Assembly (NCBI GenBank): GCA_963753345.1
Contig: CAVWBU010000023.1
Coordinates: 25,987-89,986 of the forward strand
DNA length: 64,000 bases
Direction: 5' to 3'
Origin: an uncultured Fibrobacterota bacterium
GTDB taxonomy: Bacteria; Fibrobacterota; Chitinivibrionia; Chitinivibrionales; FEN-1185
Of the stretch, positions 32,227 through 41,187 are shown piece after piece. Within the stretch, counting starts at the first letter, position 1. Every line of letters begins with the position of its first letter. The notes beneath the pieces were generated by a model that ran no database searches, had not been told where the DNA came from, and saw nothing but the letters and a program-made list of their open reading frames with translations. The position numbers and the translations under genes are program-made.

Positions 32227-33348
32227 ATGATTCCAGCGATGCTTTGTGTCGTGCTTGCGCTGGTGCCGCAGCTTCACGCGGCAGGAGCGACAAAGACGGC
32301 ACCGCGGCAGAAACCCGCCCCCTTCGTTTCCCTCATGGGCGCATCCGCCTGGAAATTGACAAAAGCATACCGGTCAATCGAACCCTGGAAATGCACCGAC
32401 AGCCTTTTCGAGCCCAGCGACGGCTGGATCGCCACCGACGCGGTGTGGGGCGATTTCGTGCTCGAAGGCGAGTTCCTGTACAATGGAAAGAGCGAGGGAG
32501 GGGTGCTGGTACGCGGCGACAAAGAAGCATGGATTCCCTGGCTTCACGGATATAAAATGGACATCGACGCGGATATGCCCGGCACCGGCCACATCCACTT
32601 CCCCTTCCGGCCGCAGCCGAACCCCGGCGTGGTCCAGTTTCCCGTTGATGTGTGGCAGCATTTTTCCATCCGCGCGGCCGGGCAGGTCATATCGGTAAAG
32701 CTTGACGGAAAAGAAGTCATCAAGTTCCGCGACGACCACTACCGGTACGGCTCCATCTGCCTGGAAGGCGAAAAGGGCGGATTGCGATACCGGAATTTGC
32801 GCGTCCAGAGGCAAGACATTACAACTCCGGCTGGCCCGCGCTCGCCCTACACCGAGCTTTTCGACTCGGCCGCGCCGCCGGGGATGAAGACCGAGGGCGC
32901 TGTTTCGTTTGCAAACGGCGTCGTGGAAATCGACGGCAGCGCCCGGCCCGCCTCGGTCCGGTTCCCGCAGGCCGTTGTTGCGGGCGCGGTGGAGCTTGAC
33001 GTCTGGTGCAAGCGGCGCCAGGGGTCAATGGCGCCCTACCGGATCGGCTTTCTTGCCGGAGCTCCCGGTTCCGGCCCCTGCTTTACGTGCAGGAACAACC
33101 GCGTCCAGCCGTGCGCGACCGGGCAATGCACGTCCCTGTTTCCCATGTTCATGGAGACCACCTGCGCGGAAACGTGGCGGTTTGAGATCACCCGCAGGAG
33201 CATCGACGCGATCCGGTTCGGCGAAAAGGTTATGTCGTGCTCAGACATCGTCCCGAAGGGTTCGACGCTCTGCGTCTCCGCCGACTCGTGCGTGTTGCTG
33301 CTGAGAGGAGCGAGAATGATGGCAAGGAGTTCGGTGATTTCCAAATAG
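32227..33348 (+). CDS. DUF1080 (3-keto-glycoside hydrolase-like) domain protein
   Basis: WGDFVLEGEF...EGGVLVR...WQHFSIRA...GSICLEGE...LRYRNLRV. Confidence 0.75.
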   Translation: MIPAMLCVVLALVPQLHAAGATKTAPRQKPAPFVSLMGASAWKLTKAYRSIEPWKCTDSLFEPSDGWIATDAVWGDFVLEGEFLYNGKSEGGVLVRGDKEAWIPWLHGYKMDIDADMPGTGHIHFPFRPQPNPGVVQFPVDVWQHFSIRAAGQVISVKLDGKEVIKFRDDHYRYGSICLEGEKGGLRYRNLRVQRQDITTPAGPRSPYTELFDSAAPPGMKTEGAVSFANGVVEIDGSARPASVRFPQAVVAGAVELDVWCKRRQGSMAPYRIGFLAGAPGSGPCFTCRNNRVQPCATGQCTSLFPMFMETTCAETWRFEITRRSIDAIRFGEKVMSCSDIVPKGSTLCVSADSCVLLLRGARMMARSSVISK

Positions 33349-33369
33349 AGACGACGATAGTATACATAC

Positions 33370-33774
33370 TTGGGTGCCCCGCCGCTTTGCGGCGGCGGCC
33401 GTCCTTCCGGTCTCGGCCTCCGGCCTCGGGCCGCCACGGCCCTATGGCCCACAGGGCCGGGTCCGGGCGGCATCCCGCTCTAGCAGAACCTCCAGTCCTG
33501 CCTGGCGCGCGGCAACCGAATTTTCTTCAGTCATTTACTTTTTCTCGCGCCAATCTGTATCAAATTAAATCAGGCAAGGCTTTTTTTGTTGGAACTTCTC
33601 AACCTCTTCTTTTCAACAACTCTCCTTGGGTGCCCCCCAACTACAGCTTTACACTTGCAACTACTCCAACTTGGGGGCCACCCATGAGGGGGTAGCGGAG
33701 GAACGGCGCGCGGTTGACATTGTGATATCACCGGGGAGAGCGCGCCGGGCCGGAGCGAGGGGAATACTTCCCCC
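33370..33774 (+). repeat. Composite structured element (A 33370-33558, B 33614-33774), diverged copy
   Basis: ttgggtg...ccttccggtctcggc...cctccagtcc..ctggcgcgcggca...cgcgccaatctgt, then module B. Confidence 0.8.
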
Positions 33775-33894
33775 ACATGCAACCTCTATTGCTTGCCAAA
33801 AATCATCATCCTGAAATTTATGGACTAAGCCCTGTTCCGCAGCGTATCTTTCTGAGGAGAAAAAATCCCCCGAAAGAACCCGTATCTGCTATCA

Positions 33895-35232
33895 ATGAAA
33901 AAATCATCCGTACGCTCAAAGACCGCTCCGCGGTCCCATGGCATCAAGCTCCGGCCCGACAAGAAATCCGAAATCCGCGACGCGCTTGTCCGAGAGCGCG
34001 ACCTGCTCAGGCTCCTTCTCGACGAACTGCCCGACAATATCTACGTCAAGGACCGCGAGGGCCGCTACGTCTTCGACAACAGGGCGCACCGGAAGTTCCT
34101 CGGAGCGAAGACGGAGCAGAACGTGTCGGGCAAGTCGGTGTTCGACTTCTTTCCCAAGGCGCTTGCGCAGAAGTACGACGAGGACGACAGAAAGGTCATC
34201 GCCTCCGGAAAGCCCCTGCTCAACCGTGAAGAACCGATCACCGACGCGGCCGGCGCCGACAAATGGGTTGCCACCTCAAAAATACCGGAATTTGACAGAA
34301 AGGGAGCCGTATCGCGGCTCGTGTGCATCAGCCGCGACATCACCGACCGCAAGCGCTACCAGGACGCGCTGGAAAAGACCAAGGCCGAGCTCGAGACGCG
34401 CGTGAACGAGCGCACCGCCGAGCTCAAATCGGCCAACGAACGGCTCCGCGAACAGATCAAGCTGCTGCGGGAAAAGGCGCGCCTCGACGCCGAGCTCGAG
34501 GCCGCCCGGAGCATCCAGCAGCGGCTCACGCCGTCCTTCAGGCCGAAAATCCCCCGTGTCAATCTCAGGGGAGCGTACTTTCCAGCCTACGAGGTGGGGG
34601 GCGATTATCTTGACTACTTCCAGAACGAGACGGGAAACTGGGTGATTGCCATCGCGGACGTGTGCGGCAAGGGAATTCCCGCGGCGCTGCTCATGGCCAT
34701 GCTCCGGTCAACGTTCCGCGCGAGCGCGCGGCGCGAAACATCGGCGCGCGAGCTTTTGTGCTCGGTCAACGATTCCATTTCAGCAACCATCGACCACCGG
34801 TCGTTCATCACCGCCCTCTGCCTCATCATCGGCAGCGACGGCCTTTCCATGTCGTATGCCCGGGCCGGTCATCCGCCGCTGCTGCGGCTCGGCGCGGGCG
34901 GCAGGCCGCCGGAGGAGATGAAGTCGGAGGGCCTCGCTCTTGGCCTGGCGCCCGACAACGCCACGTTCAGGTCCGGCCTTGAGGAGACGGCTATTCGCCT
35001 TGACATCGACGACCGCTTCTTCATGTACACCGACGGCCTTATGGACGCCGAAGGAAAGGGCAAGGAAAGCTTCGGCCAGGAACGCATATGCGCGCTTCTC
35101 GCCTCCCTGCCGGGCGTCGACGCAGAGGGGCTTGTCACGCAGGTGATGGAGCGCATCCGTCAATTCGCGGGCGGCGTACCGTACCGCGACGACATGACCA
35201 TGTGCGCCCTGAACGTGACCGGTGCGGCCTGA
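33895..35232 (+). CDS. PAS-domain PP2C/SpoIIE (RsbU-like) phosphatase
   Basis: PAS (IYVKDREGRY...RDITDRK), a coiled coil, EVGGDYLD, IADVCGKG, YTDGL and RDDMT. Confidence 0.92.
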   Translation: MKKSSVRSKTAPRSHGIKLRPDKKSEIRDALVRERDLLRLLLDELPDNIYVKDREGRYVFDNRAHRKFLGAKTEQNVSGKSVFDFFPKALAQKYDEDDRKVIASGKPLLNREEPITDAAGADKWVATSKIPEFDRKGAVSRLVCISRDITDRKRYQDALEKTKAELETRVNERTAELKSANERLREQIKLLREKARLDAELEAARSIQQRLTPSFRPKIPRVNLRGAYFPAYEVGGDYLDYFQNETGNWVIAIADVCGKGIPAALLMAMLRSTFRASARRETSARELLCSVNDSISATIDHRSFITALCLIIGSDGLSMSYARAGHPPLLRLGAGGRPPEEMKSEGLALGLAPDNATFRSGLEETAIRLDIDDRFFMYTDGLMDAEGKGKESFGQERICALLASLPGVDAEGLVTQVMERIRQFAGGVPYRDDMTMCALNVTGAA

Positions 35233-35405
35233 AGAGCGCGGGAAAAAATGTGAGCGTTGCCCCCTCCTTGACCTTTGCCATAACCATTAAAATAAATCGG
35301 ACGGATAGCCAGCCGCATGTTCAACAGCCATCTGTAAAACTGTGCGCCACGATCTTTCCCCGATCGTGTACCGTCCGCAAAGATCGCTGTTGAGGACTAC
35401 ACTAC

Positions 35406-37241
35406 ATGAAACTTGACAATCCCCTCGTCCAAAAAATATTGATCTTTCTTATCGGGCTGATTGCCTGGGGAAATGTGGCCAATTTCGGATTTGTTTGGGA
35501 TGACACCAGTTATATCGTGTATAACCAATCGATAAAAAGCCCGGCAAATGTGCCGCGATATTTCTTCGACATCTCCACAATGTCCCAGGGCAAGGATGGC
35601 GCGCTCGCCGCTGTCTTCAGGCCGTTGCGGAACGTTTCGTACTTTTTCGATTACGCCGTTGCGGGGCTTAACCCGGTTTGGTGGCACGTTCATAACCTGC
35701 TGCTGCATCTGATTGCCGTATTCCTGGTGTATTACATTTTGCGTCGGCTGATCGGCGGGCGCTACGCGGCCTTTCTCGGATCTCTTGTGTATCTTCTGCA
35801 TCCGGTGCAGGTCGAAGCAGTAGCGTGGATAAAGGGCCGGGACGACCTTTTGTCAATGCTGTTTATACTGTCGGCATTTACCGTATGGATCAAGTCGGTG
35901 CGGTTTACCCTCTTTCGAATCGCACTTCTCTGCATGCTTTTTCTCTGCGCCTGTCTTTCGAAAGAACAGGCCATTGTTCTTCCGGTTCTGCTCTGCTTGT
36001 ATGAAATTCTGCGGGCACCGCGATTGTGTGAAAATGGCGTCTGGGTTCGGAACCTGATGCTCTCAAAAAAGACATGGGCCCTGTGCGCCTTGTTCATCAT
36101 TGCCGGGGGATACCTGGCATGGCGCACCACGGTTATGGGGAAAATCGGACAAGGGGCCTATCTTGCAGGGGACCTGTATTCAACGATGCTTACGATGATA
36201 CGGGTGGCGGTTTACTATGTCAGGCTTGTTGTATATCCGGTCCATTTTTTTGTTGATTACGCGTGGATTACCCCGTCCCATTCATGGTATGAATGGCGGG
36301 TGCCGGCCAGCGCGTGCATCCTTGCCATTATCGGCGCTGCGGCATTTTTGGTGCGGAAGAGGAACTTCTATTCCGCGTACGGCGTGCTATGGTTTTTTGT
36401 CTGCCTTCTGCCGGTTTCCAATATTGTTCCGACAATGCAATATATGGCCGAACGGTTTTTATATATGCCACTGTTCGGCGTCGCCTTGCTCTTTGCCGAT
36501 GTCGTCAAGTATTGTGAACAACGGTGGCGGACCGCGACCGTGGCGGTTTCAACATGCATGGTCCTCTTTCTGGGTGTTCAGACCATACAACGCGCCTCGA
36601 TCTGGCGCAGCGACACCACCCTTTTCGGAGCGACGGCGCGGGAAACAGGCTATCAACTTGCGCGACCGTATTTTAATTGGGTTGCGGCGCTTCTCAAGCA
36701 GGGAAAGGGCGCTGAGGCATTGCCGCATGCCCAGGCCATGTGGAAACGATACAGCGCCTCCAGCAGCATCAGCAAACTCCAGCTTTCCGGTCTGGCGCAC
36801 AATCTCGGCGCGGCATATTTATTATGTAACGACGTGAGCAATGCCCTGGTTTTTTTTCATATCGCCTATGCCACGGACTCAGCCAATGCGTACAACGCGC
36901 TGTGCGTCGGGCTCGCTGAGGAAAAGGCAGGCAATGCCGAGTCGGCCCTCAAATTTCTTGACAGAAGCTTGAAACTTGAACCCAATAATTCCAATGTTTT
37001 ATTTCAGCGCGGTCTTGTCCTCAAGTCCCTTCGAAATTATGCGGGAGCGGAAAATGCGTTTCGCGCAAGTCTGGCGATCACGCCGAGCGAGGAAACCGTC
37101 TATTGCGCTTTGTTCGACCTGCTGTATGAGCAGAAGAAGTTCGCCGAAGCCGAAAAGGTCATAAAAGACGCACGAGCGCGATGGCCTGCAGACAGCAATC
37201 TTGCGGAAAAAGAAAAAGCGCTGCAGTCGGCCGGGCAGTAA
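35406..37241 (+). CDS. TMTC-like GT-C membrane glycosyltransferase with C-terminal TPRs
   Basis: FVWDD, FRPL, HPVQVEAVAWI, LSKE and MAERFLYMP; TPRs at the C-terminus. Confidence 0.85.
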   Translation: MKLDNPLVQKILIFLIGLIAWGNVANFGFVWDDTSYIVYNQSIKSPANVPRYFFDISTMSQGKDGALAAVFRPLRNVSYFFDYAVAGLNPVWWHVHNLLLHLIAVFLVYYILRRLIGGRYAAFLGSLVYLLHPVQVEAVAWIKGRDDLLSMLFILSAFTVWIKSVRFTLFRIALLCMLFLCACLSKEQAIVLPVLLCLYEILRAPRLCENGVWVRNLMLSKKTWALCALFIIAGGYLAWRTTVMGKIGQGAYLAGDLYSTMLTMIRVAVYYVRLVVYPVHFFVDYAWITPSHSWYEWRVPASACILAIIGAAAFLVRKRNFYSAYGVLWFFVCLLPVSNIVPTMQYMAERFLYMPLFGVALLFADVVKYCEQRWRTATVAVSTCMVLFLGVQTIQRASIWRSDTTLFGATARETGYQLARPYFNWVAALLKQGKGAEALPHAQAMWKRYSASSSISKLQLSGLAHNLGAAYLLCNDVSNALVFFHIAYATDSANAYNALCVGLAEEKAGNAESALKFLDRSLKLEPNNSNVLFQRGLVLKSLRNYAGAENAFRASLAITPSEETVYCALFDLLYEQKKFAEAEKVIKDARARWPADSNLAEKEKALQSAGQ

Positions 37242-37458
37242 CCAGGTGAAATCCGGCGGAAGGATTTGACCGTACGGGTGGACAGTCGGGTGTGTGACAA
37301 CTATCTGTTAATCCCTGTGCCACGATCATCCTTGATCGTGCAGCGTCCGTAAAGGGTCCAGTCGAGGACGACGGTGGCACATAATTTGTTATTTTAGGTT
37401 TTGAAAGGCACCGGTGTGACATAGTGATAAAGTCACAAAGTAGCAGTAAGTGCATGGT

Positions 37459-37590
37459 ACCACTGCTCTCCATGGGTGCCCCCGCAGCAGAGCATGGTTT
37501 CGTAACTACTCTCTCTAGGGGTGCACCCAGGAGGAGGTAGCGAAAGACCGGCCGCAGGCCGGGCTGAAGCGAGGGGGAGACTTCCCCCTC
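37459..37590 (+). repeat. Structured intergenic element, module B (solo copy 2)
   Basis: Shares module B and an upstream flank (aaagt.acaaag.ag.agtaagtgcat.gtaccactg) with the copy at 531. Confidence 0.85.
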
Positions 37591-37601
37591 CAAGTGAATT
37601 T

Positions 37602-39443
37602 CTATTTAACTACTATGAACCTCACACACGCTGTCTCCTTCGCACTTGTCACCCTGACCACGTACACCTGATTTCCCGCGTTTCGATTTTCATCAAATTG
37701 CCAGATCACCCTGCTCTCCCCTGCGCTGCCGCGCGTTTCCCAGACCGTGCGGCCTTTCATGTCGCATACGACAAGCAGGTAGGGCGCGGGACGGCGCAGC
37801 GCAACGGCAAACACCGCCCGGCCTCCGGTCGCGCTTGACAGCCGCACCCAAGCGGAGGAAGAAGCGAAACCGTGATTGACATTCTCAACCACGCCGCTGC
37901 CAGCGCCCGTGAGCGGGTGCGGATAGGTGTAGGGCGTGTAGTTGGGCATGGCGCTGTTGTAGAAATCGCGGCCCTCCTTGATGCGCCAGGGGTTCGTGCT
38001 GGTGAGCTTGGCAAGGTCGGCGCTGCCGTTGACGGTGTTGTTCCAGGAGTAGGTGGGTTCAAGAACCTGATGGGGCCAGGCCATGGGCGTTATGCCTGTT
38101 CCATACGGAGGCTCGTCTCCGGTGATCAGATCTCCCATTCCCCGGCCCCGTTGATCGATGCAAATCGTGGCCCTCAGAATTCTGAAAATGTCCCCGTTAC
38201 TCCATGTCAATACAGGAGCGTGCCACGTCAGGCCGCTTGTCGTGAGGGTATCGGCGGTATTCGAAATAATCAAATCGCTCTGCCCCTTGGTCATGTTATG
38301 CACATGATAACCCTGCCATTGGTTCGGCGTCCACGCCCTGCCGGCGCACGTCATGGTCTTGCTCCCGGTCACGCCCGTGCACACGCCCGAATCATAGGTG
38401 ACGCCGTCGTTGACGTCGAAAGGACTCGTGCCGTCGCATTTGCCCCACGGATCGAACGTGTCGTAATCGCGGTAGTTCTCAATTGAAAAGGCGCCGGAAA
38501 AATTGTTGGTTATCGTGTTGTTGAAGATGATGAACGTGCCGCCCCGAAGCTGGCCCACGTAGTAATACTCCGCCGTATCGTTGAGCGTGACCGTGTTGTT
38601 GTAAATTTCCATTGCCCGCATGCTCCGCAGCCGCCCCGGCGAATCCGTGCCGTGGTTGCTGATGGTGGCGTTGAGAAGCGTGTTGTGGCGGAACACCGCC
38701 CGGCCGCCGCTCCAGCCGTCGATGGCCACGCTGTACGGCGTTGCGGTAAAGACATTGTCCTCGATAAACACCGCCTTTTCGGTGCCTGCGTACAGGGAGT
38801 CGGCCCATGAGCCGTCGCCGTTCGCCTGGCTGTTCCAGTTCGGATGGAAGATGTACATGCCGAAATGCCATCCGAGCAGGTCAAAGGTATTGTGGTCGAT
38901 AACGCCGTACGTTGATCCGCCGGTCGATATCCCGTTCCCGACTTCCACGATAAAATGCACGTGGTCGACACGCCAGGTGTGCGAGTAGCCTTCGATTGAA
39001 ATCATGGCGGGGTTGTATACGGAAGGATCGAGATTGGGATACACGGAACTGTTGAAGGTCATGGCGGTCACGCGCGTGAGCCCTCCCAGTTTGGTGGCGA
39101 TGTCCAGCATGGTGCCCCTGGGATTGCCTGATGCCGGCGTCGGAATGCTGTCGATAATGATCGTGCTGTCGGCGCCGGCGCCCCGAATCGTAAGCGCCTT
39201 GGTGTTCCATGCAGGCGGATTCCATGCGGTCTCCGTGCCTACGCCCACGGTTGCGGTCCACGAGCAGGTACCCTTCGGAATGGCCACGGTATCCCCATCC
39301 TGCGCGGCGTTGATCGCGGCCTGCACATCGGCAGATGAACAGCTTGTGGCCGTAACGGTTGCGGCGTCCGATCGTTCGCACATCCATGCCGGCAAAAGCA
39401 CCGCCGCAACGACAGAGATCATGGTTGATGCAAAGCGCTTCAT
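37602..39443 (-). CDS. Secreted right-handed beta-helix (pectin-lyase-fold) protein with a T9SS-like tail
   Basis: DVQAAINAAQDGDTVAIP, and repeats GVIDHNTF / VFIEDNVF / VFRHNT / EIYNNT; tail CDMKGRTV. Confidence 0.78.
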   Translation of the reverse strand: MKRFASTMISVVAAVLLPAWMCERSDAATVTATSCSSADVQAAINAAQDGDTVAIPKGTCSWTATVGVGTETAWNPPAWNTKALTIRGAGADSTIIIDSIPTPASGNPRGTMLDIATKLGGLTRVTAMTFNSSVYPNLDPSVYNPAMISIEGYSHTWRVDHVHFIVEVGNGISTGGSTYGVIDHNTFDLLGWHFGMYIFHPNWNSQANGDGSWADSLYAGTEKAVFIEDNVFTATPYSVAIDGWSGGRAVFRHNTLLNATISNHGTDSPGRLRSMRAMEIYNNTVTLNDTAEYYYVGQLRGGTFIIFNNTITNNFSGAFSIENYRDYDTFDPWGKCDGTSPFDVNDGVTYDSGVCTGVTGSKTMTCAGRAWTPNQWQGYHVHNMTKGQSDLIISNTADTLTTSGLTWHAPVLTWSNGDIFRILRATICIDQRGRGMGDLITGDEPPYGTGITPMAWPHQVLEPTYSWNNTVNGSADLAKLTSTNPWRIKEGRDFYNSAMPNYTPYTYPHPLTGAGSGVVENVNHGFASSSAWVRLSSATGGRAVFAVALRRPAPYLLVVCDMKGRTVWETRGSAGESRVIWQFDENRNAGNQVYVVRVTSAKETACVRFIVVK

Positions 39444-39516
39444 GGTTTCCTCGCTTGTTAAGGTTCCTGCACGAATGGCCCGCCGGGGCGCCGACAAACG
39501 GCACGTCATATCCGAC

Positions 39517-39545
39517 AATATAAGGTTTTTCCGGGAATCTGTCAA
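39517..39545 (-). promoter_or_regulatory. sigma70-type promoter with conserved spacer
   Basis: TTGACA-gattcccggaaaaacct-TATATT (17-nt spacer). Confidence 0.65.
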
Positions 39546-39774
39546 CCTTGACAAAAACTGCGGGGCTGGTTCCGCAATGCGGCATTGGCCTGTCCCTTCC
39601 TTGTCGCCTGGTCGTGACCCGGGCATCGTCTGCCCAATATCGCATTTATCAAGTAAGAAAAGTCTTGACTCCGCAGGCCGGCGCTTCCTATCTTACCCAT
39701 ACCTTACACGCTCCATTTCGCGGCTCGTATGCGAACCATCGTCCCGGCCGTTACGCCGCAAAGGATACTTTTCT

Positions 39775-41187
39775 ATGAGTACGCCTGCCTTTCCCCGTTC
39801 TCCCGTCCTCATCGTTGACGATGAAGACGATGTATTGCAGTCCTACAAGACAACCCTCCGGTTCAACCGCATCGACAACTTCGAGCTGTGCAACGACAGC
39901 AGCCGGGTGATGGGGCTGGTCGACCGGAACGCGTACTCGGCGATGGTGCTCGACCTTTTCATGCCGCACGTGACGGGGCAGGAACTGCTGGAGCGCATCC
40001 GGGAGAAACATCCGGACATCGTCGTGATCGTGGTCACCGGCTCCAACGACGTGAACACCGCCGTCGAATGCATGAAACGCGGAGCCTACGACTATTTTCT
40101 CAAGCCCGTGGACGACAGCCGGCTGGTGACGAGCCTGCGCAACGCCATCGAGCTGGCCGAGCTGCGCCAGGAGAACAGCGCCCTGCGCACGCACATGCTC
40201 ACCGCGGGCGTGCGGAAGCCGGAACTGTTCGCGTCGATCGTGACGGTGAGCGAATCGATGAGGTCGATCTTTTCGTATATCGAGGCCATCGCCGCAAGCC
40301 CCCGGCCCGTGCTGATCACCGGCGAAAGCGGCACCGGCAAGGAACTTTTCGCGCGCGCGCTGCATGCCGCGAGCGGACGCGGCGGCAAATTCGTGGCCGT
40401 CAACGTTGGCGGACTCGACGACACCATGTTCTCCGACACGCTCTTCGGACACCGCAAGGGCGCTTTCACCGGAGCGGACGCCGATCGTCCGGGGCTTATC
40501 GAGCAGGCACGAGGCGGGACGCTGTTTCTTGACGAAATCGGCGCTCTGCAGGCCGCGTCGCAGATAAAGCTTCTCCGGCTCCTGCAAGAGGAAGAGTACT
40601 ATCCCCTCGGCTCCGATTCTGTAAAGACCGCCGAGACCACGGTGATCGCCGCGACCAACGAGGACCTCGACGTGCGCCTGCGCGACGGCGCGTTCCGCAA
40701 CGACCTGTACTTCCGCCTTCTCACGCACCATATTCACGTGCCGCCGCTTCGGGAGCGCGCGGGCGACATTCCGGTTCTTGCCGAACGCTTCGTGAACGAA
40801 GCGGCGGCAACACTCGGAAAGCCGGCTCCGGCCCTTCCGCCGAAGGTCATGGCATGTCTGCGGCAATCCCGCTTCCCGGGCAATGTGCGTGAACTGCAGT
40901 CGCTCATGTTCGATGCCGTCACCCGCTGCCAGGGAGAGCAACTCGATGCCGCGTACTTCGAAACCTACGCTCGCACGCATGGATGCAAACCCGGCGATGC
41001 AGGGACCGATCCGTCTCAACCGCTGGATGTCTTGAAGTCCGGAGGCATTCCGAAGCTCAAGGACATTGAGGAGTACCTTATCGAAAAGGCCCTGGAGAAA
41101 GCCGGCAACAACCAGACCGTTGCGGCCCAGATGCTCGGCGTGTCGCAGTCGACGCTGAGCAGGCGCACGAAGCCGGATGGCGCCTGA
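39775..41187 (+). CDS. NtrC-family sigma54-dependent response regulator
   Basis: REC domain (LIVDDE, LDLFMP, KP), GESGTGKE, GAFTGA, FPGNVREL and an HTH. Confidence 0.93.
   Translation: MSTPAFPRSPVLIVDDEDDVLQSYKTTLRFNRIDNFELCNDSSRVMGLVDRNAYSAMVLDLFMPHVTGQELLERIREKHPDIVVIVVTGSNDVNTAVECMKRGAYDYFLKPVDDSRLVTSLRNAIELAELRQENSALRTHMLTAGVRKPELFASIVTVSESMRSIFSYIEAIAASPRPVLITGESGTGKELFARALHAASGRGGKFVAVNVGGLDDTMFSDTLFGHRKGAFTGADADRPGLIEQARGGTLFLDEIGALQAASQIKLLRLLQEEEYYPLGSDSVKTAETTVIAATNEDLDVRLRDGAFRNDLYFRLLTHHIHVPPLRERAGDIPVLAERFVNEAAATLGKPAPALPPKVMACLRQSRFPGNVRELQSLMFDAVTRCQGEQLDAAYFETYARTHGCKPGDAGTDPSQPLDVLKSGGIPKLKDIEEYLIEKALEKAGNNQTVAAQMLGVSQSTLSRRTKPDGA

Noticed and set aside
39004-39774. N-terminal extension of the 727-aa ORF
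   Set aside because: It overlaps the opposite-strand beta-helix gene; the REC domain starts at ATG 39775.
39445-39774. sigma54 promoter linking the two-component pair to the divergent beta-helix gene
   Set aside because: No proper -24/-12 match was found; only sigma70-like boxes are visible.
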